A stretch of 63,167 nt of DNA, filler included, from Asterionella formosa (taxonomy: Eukaryota): assembly GCA_002256025.1 (NCBI GenBank). It is 17 parts of 17 records of this genome, joined end to end, with 100 filler letters (N's around TTAATTAATTAA, not from the genome) between each part and the next. Parts side by side here need not be neighbours in the genome. Positions count along the whole stretch, not along the records: positions 48,422 to 52,033 come from NKIB01014025.1; positions 52,134 to 55,745 come from NKIB01014026.1; positions 55,846 to 59,456 come from NKIB01014027.1; positions 59,557 to 63,167 come from NKIB01014028.1; 13 more parts are not named here. One strand, 5' to 3'. Shown one piece after another: positions 49,773 to 62,831 of this stretch; within the stretch, counting starts at the first letter, position 1; each line of letters begins with the position of its first letter. A model generated the notes under the pieces. The model did no database searches, was not told the DNA's origin, and saw only the letters and a list, made by a program, of their open reading frames with translations. The translations under genes were made by a program, and so were the position numbers.

Positions 49773-50930
49773 CTATGTTGGCGCTGGCTTGGTATTTGGC
49801 GACGCAACCGGCGCTGGTGTAGCTGCTCGACTGCCAGTCGACTTTTGAGTACTCGCAGGTGGCGACTTCATACATCCCTTAGTGTTGGGTGATGCAATTG
49901 GTGTCTTAATGGCCGACGGTGATGGGGGCATTTCACTGCCGTGACCATTTTCAACAGGATGAACCCCATTCTCATCGTGCTCTCCATCATCTATCATTGC
50001 TTGCTCCTCTTGACGCGTCTTTTCTTCTTTTTCTATTGGCACGAGCCCAAGGCCCAATTTCCCCGTCAGTTTAAAATCCCAAGCTTCCAAGGGCCGTTCT
50101 AGATCCCGTAGAACGAGCGTCGTATCAAGCTCTTCGTCGTCCTCATCTTCATACTCGGCGTCATCTTCCCCAATGAAATAATTTTGATAGTACTCTTCTT
50201 CCTCGTCCAGAGAGTCGTCGGAGGATTCATCGTCGTCATCGAGCGTCGTACCTCCATTTTCGGTTTCTGATTTCTTCTTTTTGGGCTTCTTGGCCTTGCT
50301 AGAGTCAAGTTCAGCTGATGCCACGGCAGCTGCAGTAGCTGCAGCACTCTTGGATCCAGAGTTGACTTCTCTGGCTGCAGCCACAGATTCTAGATTCGTT
50401 TTTTTCCGACTCTCATCTTTTGCTAGTTTCCGCCTCTTTCGCTCATCCGCGTCTTCTATGTATTCCATTCGATGTTTCCTTCGTTGACGTGCTTCCTCTC
50501 GCATAAGTTCTGCTCCTTTCAGTCTTCGATCCCGGCAAGCGATAGCTTGCTGCAGTACAGTGGCAAGGAATCTATCAGCAGCAGCCGATGTAATGGCAGC
50601 TACGGTATCATCCAAGTATCCGACACCTTGTCGTTGCAGCATTCGCCGCGACAGAGCTGATGGCACTGTCGGTCCCAACTTGGCATTTGGATTCGAGTCA
50701 TCCCTTGTTTGCAAGCGTTTCAAGAATTTTTTCAGCTGTTCGTCTTCTGTTAAAAGAGTTGCAGCTGCTACTTGTTGAGATGTTTGTCGCACTAGAGGCA
50801 CCGGAGTGGCCCTACTCTGAGCAGCGGATGCTTCTCCCAGCGCAGCTACTGTGGGCGCCGAACTCCCGGGTTGTCCAATTGGTGGTAAACCGAGCTTAGC
50901 CCGTTGCAATTCAATCATTCGCTCGCTCAT
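49773..50930 (-). CDS. TAF10-like histone-fold protein (TFIID/SAGA subunit candidate) with a long charged insertion
   Basis: LKKFLKRL..PTVPSALSRRMLQRQG..ITSAAADRFLATVLQQAIAC and later TLVLRDLERPLEAWD parallel TAF10 FLxxL..PTIPD..LAAQKF..TLTMEDL..AL. First ATG at 50930. Confidence 0.62.
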   Translation of the reverse strand: MSERMIELQRAKLGLPPIGQPGSSAPTVAALGEASAAQSRATPVPLVRQTSQQVAAATLLTEDEQLKKFLKRLQTRDDSNPNAKLGPTVPSALSRRMLQRQGVGYLDDTVAAITSAAADRFLATVLQQAIACRDRRLKGAELMREEARQRRKHRMEYIEDADERKRRKLAKDESRKKTNLESVAAAREVNSGSKSAAATAAAVASAELDSSKAKKPKKKKSETENGGTTLDDDDESSDDSLDEEEEYYQNYFIGEDDAEYEDEDDEELDTTLVLRDLERPLEAWDFKLTGKLGLGLVPIEKEEKTRQEEQAMIDDGEHDENGVHPVENGHGSEMPPSPSAIKTPIASPNTKGCMKSPPASTQKSTGSRAATPAPVASPNTKPAPT

Positions 50931-51409
50931 GATATTGTTGTGTGGTTTTGATGGTGCGTGGCAACGTGCCAATACTTGTCGGTACAGGAGCAGTGGGATC
51001 AAATGTCACTGATTGCCTCCTGTTTATCTCTAACTCTCTATCCCTTCATAATCTGTCCCTTTGATAGAATTATCTATGCCGACAGCGCGTGATAGGAGAC
51101 GACCAAGATATCGATGTCGTGACACCAAGAAGTGCTGGGCAGGACACAATATCGCTTGCGAAACAATGCGAAAGATGCCTTTTCACGTATTGTGCTGGTC
51201 CTCGTTTCCAAGTCTTTCCCTTTCCGTTGGTGTTAGATATTTAAGTTCGTATCAGAAACTTATTAGATAGAGTGAGTAGAGAGGTTGTCGTCAATAACCC
51301 GAACAACAGCGAGCAATGGAGATGTTCCCTTGCTGTTGTTATCAAACGCAGATGAGGTATGTACAATGATGAACTCTGGTATCAGGATACCTACTATGTA
51401 CATCCGTGG

Positions 51410-51625
51410 TTCCCTGGTACCAGGTACCTGGTACCCTGGTATTGTCAACGCCAACCAACCACCAACGCGGATATGAGCTATGTTATCACCAAAGTAAGTA
51501 TCGGGCTGGCTGGTAGATGTAAACGTGCGCATTCATATCGTATGACATGCATTTGTACATACCAGTACCTGGTACCAGGGAACAGGTACCAGGGTACCGG
51601 TACACATATTTATACCGGTACCGGT
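51410..51625. repeat. GGTACC / TACCAGG / TACCGG palindromic simple-repeat cluster
   Basis: For example CCCTGGTACCAGGTACCTGGTACCCTGG. Similar clusters at 37820-37910 and 40770-40870. Confidence 0.75.
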
Positions 51626-52133
51626 AGCCATATTCTGATGGCAATTCCCGCTCCAGCTATCGTCTTGCCATTCGGGTACTTCTAAGTAATTTTTAGTCTC
51701 TAAGTAATTTCTTAAGTAATTTTTATTTAAGGGCAATATGGGGCACATCGAATTTTTCGGCAATAAAATTGCCGATTTTAGCATGACAACCAAAATAACG
51801 GTAATATGCATGGAGATGGTACAACAAGCGTAAAACACGCGAGAATGATTGTAACATGCAACATCAATGAAAATTGAACATGATGTTTGGAGCAACCAAA
51901 GTATGAAATGCGATGTAATAAGTAGCATCAAATGAGAAATAGAAAAAATTGTTTTGGGTTAGAAATGAAATAAAAAATAAGAGCTCCAATGGAGATGTAT
52001 GCATTGTGAATCATTGTAGTACTTACACACCAGNNNNNNNNNNNNNNNNNNNNNNNNNNNNNNNNNNNNNNNNNNNNTTAATTAATTAANNNNNNNNNNN
52101 NNNNNNNNNNNNNNNNNNNNNNNNNNNNNNNNN

Positions 52134-52364
52134 TTGAATCAGCATGGGGTATCTCAAACAACCACCTCCACTGACAGTGCCAATCCCACTCAGGCAATTA
52201 TGAATTCAATTATTGCTTCAAACATGATTTCAATGCAGCAAACAATGCAAAGCCAAAATCCAACCTCGACAGCAGGTGCCAATGCACAACAAACTTTGTC
52301 TGCCTCAACTCAATGTCAAACACCAAAAAACAACAGTGGTAGCAGTAGTAGTGATGATGAATAA
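52134..52364 (+). CDS. 3' end of a Ser/Thr/Gln-rich ORF, possibly the second gene of the adjacent Harbinger element
   Basis: Open from the contig start. Its stop lies 77 bp from the convergent transposase stop. Confidence 0.4.
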   Translation: MNQHGVSQTTTSTDSANPTQAIMNSIIASNMISMQQTMQSQNPTSTAGANAQQTLSASTQCQTPKNNSGSSSSDDE

Positions 52365-52441
52365 CAACCTTAAATTAATTCATTCTAATATAATGTGAAA
52401 GAAGTGGTGCTAAATAATCATGAAGGAATAATTTCTTTGAA

Positions 52442-52800
52442 TTACATGGCATATCTATTTGCATTCCTATGCAAATAGGGCATATACACTGAAGCAATTT
52501 GGTTCTGACCAACTTTGCTAGCACGAAAGTTGTAGAGCAATACAACCATTTGGAGAATTAATTTTCTCTCACCTTTTTCTTCATAACGAAATTTGTCCTT
52601 TATTCTCGGAAATGATCCCTGAAGGCATCGCATTCCCCATTCCGACAGCTGTCGGATGGAGGTGGCTTGGCGATTCATACCAAATCTTTGTCGAGGATTA
52701 CCATTTGCATCAACATTGTTTTGATGCGATTTCAACATTGCATTTGATCCTTTAGATGCAAATGCTGAATCCACAACTACTTTTTTGCCTGTATCAGGAG
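52442..52800 (-). mobile_element. PIF/Harbinger (DDE_Tnp_4) transposase C-terminal fragment
   Basis: VVDSAF..ATSIRQLSEWGMRCLQGSFPRIK..LLYNFR..VGQNQI. The 5' part is absent. Confidence 0.85.
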
Positions 52801-55245
52801 ATGAGACGATGAAAGTCGACATGGTGGTCAGTGACCGACAATGATGAATATATAGAACTCATGCATACAATGAACAAGAGGCGGCATAGCATACAAGAGT
52901 ATGCATCGATATGAAAACTTAACTGTTGAAAATTCAAGTCAAAAATATACATAATGTCAGAGAAGTAATCTAAAATATCTCCATTATCAGAGCGCAAGGA
53001 CGATATTATGGAGCAGATCACCAGAATAATTTGTGTTATAATACACACATGATATAATAATTTTTTATTTTCAGAGCGCGCCCAGTACAGTAGGTAGCTA
53101 ATTTAGTTACTAGTTATATCCTCAGTTTTTGTACTACTTTACTGGTACAATAAGACATGGAGGGAAAGCACCTTAGCGGTTAGAAGCTGTATGATAAACA
53201 TAAATACATGATAGCTGGTCGAACCAAGCCATCGCCTACTGGTAATGAGATAGAACACTTATTACCGGTAGTTTACTTCCAGGGAGGAGCAACAGGTACA
53301 AATGGAGGGCCAACGGTGATAGGCATTAGGCTCTGTTTGTGCGTAAACATGTTTTAGAATACTAAACCGGCAGCACATTACACAGTCTAGAGCTATATAC
53401 AGGAAATGCATTTTTCGTGTAATTTGAAAATGTACCGGTAATGCATATGGAATATTTTGGGCAGTGCCGATGAGTTGCATTTCAGTTTTACCGTACACTT
53501 TGACATTTACATAGGTCAGATATGAATAGACTACATACAATATATTCCGCACACGAGTGTACCACAGGACAGAATCCAGAATCTGTCCGTATGCCATACT
53601 TGATGTCGAAATCAACAGAACGACATCATAAATAATATTTATTATTTATTATTTTTATCATACTATATACATAAATTATGTTCAAGGAGCATGGTCATAT
53701 GGTAACCTGGTACCAGGTGTATACAAGGGGCAACTCACCACGAAGTACTAGGCGATAGAATACGAAAATGATCACGTGACTACGACATATAGCTATGCAA
53801 ATCATGCTTTTGCTTTGGCTGTTACTAGCAGAGAAATATTACAACGTACCCCAGGTAAGCAAAGTCATTCAATAGTGAACAGGCACAGTATGGTGGAAAT
53901 ATGTATGACCAATACATATGTATGTTGAACAACCCATGCATGGATTTATACTGGGCAGCCAACAGCTACCTGGCTGGTACCTGATACCAGACAGCAGTAA
54001 TACAACAGCATATGAAATTAATAATATAGCACACATTAGTAGAATTAAACATTTGGTAAACGTTTTTCTCTGTGTCTGGCAACAATTGGGTTTGTCATGA
54101 TTTGCAAAGCAGTTGTTTATATCGTGATCCTTTTATCCTTTACTAGTTTATCAGACCTTTCCGCTCCCTCTCCTCCTTGGAACCATTGTACTTTGACGCA
54201 GATTTCATCTATGCATGCTGCCTCTATTTTGGGAAGAATCACTTTGTTCTGGGTATATGCAGTAAGCCATCCTAGTTTGTGTTAAACACACCAGCAAAAA
54301 GAGGCCAAATTGTCAGAAATGTATGCCCAGCATGTACCCTTGTCCATGATAATCTGCTGATTGAATTCCTCTAAAGGAATGCCATGAGGATGAAGAGGGA
54401 CATGTGGCATCATGATGGTGAGCACAAAGGGAAGAGGATGCTACCAAGAATGTGCAAATGAGTAATAAAAATGTGATAATGAATGTGCATGCAAAAATTA
54501 TAGTAGTTATTACAATAATTATTATGTACCATACTTGTACTCACAGAAATGGTATATGTCTTACATTAGAGTGATGTTGGGTTGGTGCAATTCTAAATAA
54601 TAGTTGAAGCCACATATGTATCACACTTGTATTGACAAAAAGGCACATTTTTGCTCAATCAGGATTCCATTTAAAAAATTAGCCTTCAGAAGAGAGCTAC
54701 TGCAAGCTAGTAGTAGATATTTACCAGACAATTGTCTGGCAATTGTCTGGGATAATGCCGTGAAGGTGGTCTTCACTGAACTTAACCGAAAATCACTAGC
54801 TTCACTGTGTTTGTCTTGATGAACAACAGTTTGATCATTTTCTCAAATACCAGACAATTGTCCAGTGGAGGTATACAGAATCCTGGTACTTTGTCTGGCA
54901 GAACTGAACTGATGATGCATTGGCAATATCATGCACCAAAAAAGTCTGTTGGCGTCAACATATCAGCATCTCAAAATGAGGTTGCACGCAATGCATTTTG
55001 GCGAAACGGAATCCATTTTTGAGGAAAATACGTGTGATACAACATCCCAGTATATTCATTAACCAGAAATGTTAATGCCATCAATTTGTTCAGCAATGTG
55101 AGTTCAGGTGACTTGGTGAAGAACTTTATCACAGCGCTTATTCAATGGAAATTTTTATGCGACTAAAAAGCTCCATGGCAGTTCTTCAGAAAAAATTGCT
55201 AGGTTCGCTTGAAAGCTTTAATGTAGCAACCAGTTTCTTCCTGTT

Positions 55246-55745
55246 TTAGTCCAAAAACATGGGCGTTGCATTCGGCATATGACCCACCTTGCGTTGAATT
55301 TCATGGTGAGGGACATGTTTCAAGACCTGCACCCCCCAACATAGCTCTATGGTTCGTTCTAAAAACCGTCGATATCGTTGGTTCTCCCAGAAGAAGTCTT
55401 GAGGAGGCGGACATTCATTGTCGACAAATTCTGATTGAAACTTGGTTAGCCAATAAATCATTTCATCAATCCACTCGTCGTCTCGATGGAGTCGCAGGAT
55501 AAATGCTCCCGTGGATGCTGTTTGGCGGACCATAACAGCAGATTTGCAATCCGGACCGACACATTTCATTTCCATCATCATTTGGGAGACATACAATGGC
55601 GGAAGGTACGGCTTTTGGAAGAACATTTCTCGAATTGCAAAGCGCGTTCGGCCGTTGATCATCACAAAAGGACAATGATTTTTCACTTCCAAGACTTCAA
55701 CTGTTCCGTTCGGATAGCACAAGAGAGCGTCGGGCGATGCTCCTA
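55246..55745 (-). CDS. YqaJ/lambda-exonuclease-like PD-(D/E)xK nuclease, C-terminal part, 5'-truncated
   Basis: Frame open from the contig end: GASPDALL..EVLEVKNHCPF..YVSQMMMEM..RDDEWI. Confidence 0.78.
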
Positions 55746-58100
55746 NNNNNNNNNNNNNNNNNNNNNNNNNNNNNNNNNNNNNNNNNNNNTTAATTAATTA
55801 ANNNNNNNNNNNNNNNNNNNNNNNNNNNNNNNNNNNNNNNNNNNNTTTTTCTAAAATGATTTGTTCTTTGTTTCTCAGAGTTGAGGTTCCTCATTTATCC
55901 TTCAGGTGAAGCAAACTAGAGTTCATCTCCTTCTTTGTCACATGTATATCCATCTAGCCTGGGTAGTTTCTAAGGCCTACATCTCACTGGAATAAATACG
56001 TATTTCAGGTAGATTAATTGGATGCATTGCTTATTCCTCAATCTTGCTTGTCAACGTGACTGTTTAGACTCTTCAGTCGCTCACACCGGTGTTTTTCTTG
56101 GTTAGGTGAACCTGTTAGGTGAACCAAGGACAACCCTCTCAGCATCTAATCTAATAGTTGCTATCAGTAATCTCTATTTGCTTCATCGATTTCACCCTTC
56201 GAAATTGTGCTTAAGAAATACCTTAAGGTTAACTGATTAAGCTATAGTAGGATATGCTATTTTCACATACTAATGACCTATTCAAGAATCAGGAATCACC
56301 TTTGCGTTTTACCTACTGCAGAAAAATGATTTAATTTTTATTGGTCTGCCTAATACCAATAGCTACTTTGGAGATACCATTACCGGTAGACCCGGTAGAC
56401 CCGGTAGACTACATATTAATATACTTATGAGATACATGCATACTATAATGGCAGCATGATAGACTACCAGTACTGTTTATATATTAGTTTACATGATAGT
56501 AAGGTGAATATTGTATATATATATATGAATATATGGTATTTGCTTATACTTGTAGGATATATAATGCTCCTTTGAAATAGGTTATTGACATTCATAGATG
56601 TAAATAACACATAAATTTTGAAGAATTGGAAATTTTGATAAATGATTGTGAAATTGAAGTACCTCTATTTCACACAACCTGATGATGAAGTGAAGATCGA
56701 CAGCCTTCTATCTAACTAACCTGAAAGCTCAGGCAAGAATGAGGATTGATACCCTATCACCTATCAATCAACCATGAAAGGAGATGTAAGCTATATGCTC
56801 TTTGCATCTATCATTAATGATAGATGTGCACTCCAAATGAATTCGACATTCTTAATAATATCTCTTGTCCCTACATGCAGATGCGAGAATGAGGATTGAT
56901 GCCCGGGACGTGTAAATCCTACTAGGTGAAGTTGAAGGGCATCCAGCAGGATTCTAATGAGAACACTGACATTATTTTCTGCATTGAGATGACCCAACAA
57001 ATAAGTGAAGTGTACGTGTTGTCCCCTGACACACCCAAAGTTCCGGAAGGTTGAAGCCACTGTAGTAACAGGAGCCGAAAATCAAAGCTCTAGAAGTAGT
57101 GTTTGCTATTCCCATATGCCATCGAAAAGTGCCAGTATAGGCTTTTTGAAGTTGGAGGCACTTGTCTCTTGTGAATGCAAGGGGACACTCGATGGCAGGA
57201 TGTCACATCGCGGTGAAGGCTGTATAGACTGCTGTGCGTGTTGAAAGGGATTTAGCAATATTTGTTGCCCATAGTGTGGCCTGAGGAAATGTAGTTACAA
57301 AAATGGTATATGCATGTGATGATGGATGTCCACCCCAAACGTACTAAGAAAAAGCACCAAATATGCAATGAAAAGTGCAACATCTCTACAGAATAAAGTA
57401 ATAATTTGATGCTCACTTTAGTACTTAATTATCTGGTGGTTTATTACTGAGAAAACCAATCCGTGTGAACATCCTTCTGACCTGTTGTCTCATCGGCACA
57501 GTTGGAGATAATCGACACAAAGTAAAAAAATTGCGAGGAGTCTATGTACAATATACCACATGCAACAATGCCTGTTGTCAAAAATTCCAGTGTTTCGGGT
57601 TCTTTATTAACTAAAACTTGTCTTGCTAGTTTCCCTGAGTTTTTTGATAGGCTTGTGAATAAAACCCTACAGTACTTTTAAGACGACTAGTATATAGTAA
57701 TCATCGGTCAACATTGATTTGATACCCCTAAAAATCAATTGACATGGCAAAGCTAGTGACTCTCAAACAACCATTGCGGTAACTTTTTTCAAGACCATTA
57801 CAAATCTAAAAACAACCTTTTGAGGCAACAGGCCTGTGTATTTGGTTTCATTGGAGACTTGGTATGAATGTTACAATAAGCAAACAGTTGAATTTTTCTA
57901 TAAAAAATAGCAACAGTACTGTTGGACCAGAATTTACTAGCTTCGTTGCATATTTTCATGAATCATGGGTATGATGGTATGTCAAATTGGGTAAAGCTGT
58001 ACTATGATGCATATAATCAAATCGCCATTGAAGCTATAACGTAAAGGAGCAGTATTATGCTAATAATGAATTTCTTAATGAAGTCATAGATGCAATTATC

Positions 58101-58380
58101 ATTATGCCTTATGTTGATTCTTGGCAGTGAGATCTTCTGGTACCATTGTGCTTGTGGGTTGTTGTGGGCGCTTGCTTGTGTGTTGTGAAAACAGTCTTAT
58201 TCTTGATTTAGTAGAGGCCATTGCTGTTGCGGCTCTCATTATGCCTTGTGCTGGTTCTTGGCAGTGAGATCTTCCAATATCATTGTCACTACTACAGTGC
58301 TTGCGTGATTGTTGTTTGTTGTGGGCGCTTGTGTGTGCGTACTGAAAATAGTCTTGTTCTTGATTTGTAGACGTCATTTG
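58101..58380. repeat. Two-copy diverged tandem duplication (~137-bp period)
   Basis: ATTATGCCTT..TTCTTGGCAGTGAGATCTTC..TTGTGGGCGCTTG..AGTCTTRTTCTTGATTT at ~58101 and ~58238. Confidence 0.75.
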
Positions 58381-59556
58381 TTGCTGTTGAGATGATTGAT
58401 TTATGATAGTATTTGATGCTTTGGGTGACATTTCCAATGAGGCAAAATAGTAGCACTCAGCCATGGCAAAACATTGATGTACTTCGAGGTCAACAGCACT
58501 GTGGGAAAGTGGAGCAAAACATCCCAGCTGACAGTAGAGTAATTGCCGTTTGAATCAAGATCATCATTGTGACAATCCATTGCATATTTGTAGCTTTATT
58601 GTGAAGAAACCACTTAACATGCTTTTTCTACGTCAAAACATACCAGATCTAAAAGTCCGAAAAAATCTATATTGTTACTTCATGATTTTCAACATCTTCA
58701 TCTCTCAGCCAATCCTAGTAGTCACATTTCAGACTTTTAAGCTTGCCACATATACAATAGCTTGAGTTTGAAATGTGACCAGGATTGGCCGGGAAATGAA
58801 GGAAATCGATTCCCAATCAACCCCTCATTTCCTTTGTCTCGATCGTTGCAGTGACAAACAATATTAATTTAGCTGCAAACAATGAAAAGGATTTAGAATT
58901 CTTTTTACCACCAAAATCAATTGCCCTATTAGTCGCATCTACCGGTGGTTTGAAGCAAAACATGTTGCATGTGACTGGTATAGCAAACATGTATCTATGA
59001 CGCAGACCACCCTGGTTGACTTCTCTGGTCACCATCAGGTATTCATCTATTTGTAGTCTACGTACCGGTATGATAGGGACATGGTAATATTGCAACATTG
59101 AGAATAATATGGTCAATGCGTACAGAGCTACCAGGTACCTATAATCAGCCTTGCATGGGCCCTTGCACCAAAACACATTTTACCAATACTCTGCACGATC
59201 GAGCATTATATTTGTATAATTCTAACACTCCGGGTACAACACTGCGACACAGTACTATTTATAGGGAGACCTGAGGTAGGGAAAAGGATAAGCAATTACA
59301 TGTAGGTTTGTTTACCCCGTGAAATCAAACAATAGACTACTCTAGAATGGCAAGCCCCGCCAAGGACGCATCTCCCAAAACCGCCGTCAAAACTCCTTTT
59401 GTACCAATCCATACCAATACAGCTCCTGTCATTTGGGTCACCCATGGTTGTGCGTTNNNNNNNNNNNNNNNNNNNNNNNNNNNNNNNNNNNNNNNNNNNN
59501 TTAATTAATTAANNNNNNNNNNNNNNNNNNNNNNNNNNNNNNNNNNNNNNNNNNNN

Positions 59557-61509
59557 TTTAGTCTAGAGCAGCTAGCAGACATCAAGCCTGAACACATATA
59601 CAAATGGATGGCTGTGAAGACTTATGGTAAACCAAACCCAAGCCAAAACGACAATCCAACATATGGTAGATCAACCTCATTGGAATATTACAAGAAGGCA
59701 TTGTCCTACTTCATGCCACTCCGGCTCTCGACTTGGAATGTCATGATCAACTGTGGAAATCCAACCAGATCTGTGCTTGTTCTTGACCTAATCAAGGCTG
59801 TAAAGAAAAAGGAGGTCCGCAAGCAGGGAAAAGCATCAGCAGCACGTCGTCCACTTGAAGCCCAAGAATTTACCAACACAATAAATGCACTTCGACGATG
59901 CAAAGACAGTATCCGCCGCTACCAGATGGTTTCTCTATGTTCCTTCCAATTCCACATGGTCGGCCGGATCGACGATTGTGTCCAATTGAAGAAGGAAAAC
60001 TTGAAACCCAATCTTCGTTTTCCTTTTACCCTGATATGTCAGCTGTGTTGGTCCAAGAATGTCAAGGATGAGAGGGATGCACCAGATCAATTCCTCATGG
60101 GTGCAATGGACCCACAGTATTGTGTACTACTTAACTTGGCAATCCACCTCGAGACAGAAGGAATGTCCAATGGCAGCTCATTGGAGAATGACTGGGTTTT
60201 TCCTCTTGGAACCGATAATCCTCGGAATGCAAAAAATAAGGCATATCGTATCCTGCGAGATGAAGTTTGGTCAGGTAGTGAGTTCAACAAGCTTGGCATC
60301 ATTGGATTAATTGGAACACACAGCCTTCGTAAATATCCCTCAACCCATGCACGAAGGAATGGATGCTCCCGCGATGATATAGATTTCCGCGGTCGCTGGA
60401 AACGACACACAAAGCAAGTAGACACTTACATTGATGTTGATCTTCCATATCCTGATGCCAAGGTGGCAGCAGCCCTGTGTATTGGAGGAGCATGTAAGTA
60501 TGTGCTCAAAGAGAGTTGCGGTGTGACTGATGATTGGCTTTTGGAAACTGTTGCTCCAAATATTCTCCTGCAGTTCCCACGTGAAGTAGCATTGACGCTA
60601 GCACGGCCACTACTATGGGCCGTTTTTGAGCCACACCTACAGGGCTACCTACCAGATACACTGACAGAGCGCGTCAGGTCGGCATACGCATTTTTGCGTC
60701 GCCTTCCAGCAGCTGCCGATCCAGTGGAAAAAATTCCTATTATTATTACTGGTGCAGAAGGTGAGGTATATATTGACGAAATTGGTGCGGATCTCGATCA
60801 AGGTGTATGCAAGGTGGTACCACAAGGGGAACAGCCGGCAGGTGGAGCACAACGACGTCTAGCTGGTCAGCAGAGGAATGAGGTACTTGGGCTGTATTCA
60901 CTGCAGAAGGAAACACAACGAGACATGAAAGAGATGCAGGCGCAAATAGTGGTACTCAAGTCAGCTATGCAAAAGGGGATGACAAAGTTGAATACAAGTC
61001 TCAATCGCCTTACAAGAATGTCAGGGCAAAGGTTTAAAGTTGATGGTCTCAAGGTCGCCCCTACAGCTGCGCCCCCAACTTTCAATGATGAAAATTTCGA
61101 ATTTCAGGCTCCAGGAGTGAATAACAATCAAAACGACAATGAACTACAAGTCGAAAATGAATTCGGATTTGATGTGGGTGTAATGGTTGTGGAGCCAAAA
61201 TACCACAGCAGTCTTAGTAAGACCCCAAAGACACTCTTTGTACTCTGGCAGGAGTTTGAAGTGGGAATTGGTGGTCGAAAGCCTGCGAGGCTATTTACAA
61301 GGGTTGAAAGGGGGCGTGTAAAGTGCCTCTATTGTCGGCGCAAGGTTTTGTGGGAAGCAGTGGCACGCTTAGCTCGAGCTGGATATACTGCTCATGTAGC
61401 CATTGACCGCATTTATGAAGCAAATGGTGTTGACAAAACAGTCTCCCAGATAATCAACCAAATGATGAAGGATCGTCGCAATGGTGGGCATCCACTTCTA
61501 CAAGTTTAG
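59557..61509 (+). mobile_element. Crypton-like tyrosine recombinase with GCR1_C-like C-terminal domain; uninterrupted ORF, 5'-truncated
   Basis: Frame open from the contig start (FSLEQLADIKPEHIYKWM..). Catalytic set R (GRIDD, 59965), HSLR (60319-60330), W (RGRW, 60397), Y (60427). Tail LSKTPKTLFVLWQEFEVGIGGRKPA..YCRRKVLW. Confidence 0.85.
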
Positions 61510-62831
61510 GTTCCTGGAAATAACAATACATCGACTATCATTAACACTAAAATATATACTAGATTTTTCAATATTCTACAATCATGTAGCAACAAGCCAA
61601 AGTTTTGTCCTCCTCATCATCATTGCTTTCTTCAGAATCAATTGTGGCGATGGCAACAATTTCCTGTCGAAGTTCTTCCAAAAGTGTGTCTGCAAATAAA
61701 AACTATCATATTTCCATGACGATGCATAATAGGATTGTGATCATCTGATCATAATTTTTCGTTATATCATCTAATAATTTTGATAAATGCCTTTGTAATT
61801 TAAATAGTAACCCTTTTGACTACATATATTTAATTATCATATGTATTGTTTCTATTTGATTCCTGTATTCGAATTTCTTGGTAGGATAATGTACCAGTTC
61901 AAGTAATGTTATTTTGCTCGTGATTTCCATCTGTCATCACTCCGATTTTTGCAACAACAACGAAATACTAGCGATGACAAGCGAAATGAATGTTTACGAT
62001 AACGTCTTCAATTGGTTGGTCAAGTGATCTTTATATCTTTGAGTATCGTCATGTGCAGTGAACCTTTGTTCAAAATCATTCAATTAAGAGTTTACAGGAG
62101 AGAAGAAACCATTCGAACTCGTAATGTTTCCGCACACAGCGCACAAAGTATATCCGTTTCGTCCACTTCAGCATGACAATCTTGCCAATCAACCCGTAAA
62201 CAAACACATTCTACTTGCTCTCGTTGACATTTTCAATTCTCACATGATACTACATCTACTATTGAGATTCAGCATAGAAAGAGATACGAAAATGTGCATA
62301 ACAGACTACTGTCCACATAGCTATAGTTATAGAATGATTCTGATTAGAATGCATTTCATTTTCATATCGCTCGCTCGTTTCTGCATTTGGCAAACTGTAC
62401 TTGAATTAACTATTGAACACATGCAAAGTTGACAACTTGCTACTTCATCACAAAAGGCCAACTTTCATACATGAAAGCACAGTCAGCCGAAATGAGAGAC
62501 CCAATTCAACACTTACTTTTGATGGATTACCAGTATGCAGCAATGTTGGGAAAATGTGCTGCACCAGTGCAATCATTGCAAGAAGACAGCACAAAATGAT
62601 GCCATGACATGTTCAACTTTTGTGAGTTTTCACATTATTTGTATAAATCTACTTAGGAGAAATTTATATTAATGATGTTTTTTACTATTTTAGGGCTAGA
62701 TTGAAATTGTATGTGCACTAGAGCACTCTGAAAGTGTGCCATTCCTCTTAGGTATCTTTTTGACATTGATTTCCTACTAGGCCACTAGATTGAATTGTAT
62801 ATGTGTGTGAACACTCTAAAAGTGTGTCATG

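Noticed and set aside
56780..57290. Possible coding relic in contig 16
   Set aside because: Slightly higher GC but no sustained frame or recognisable motif.
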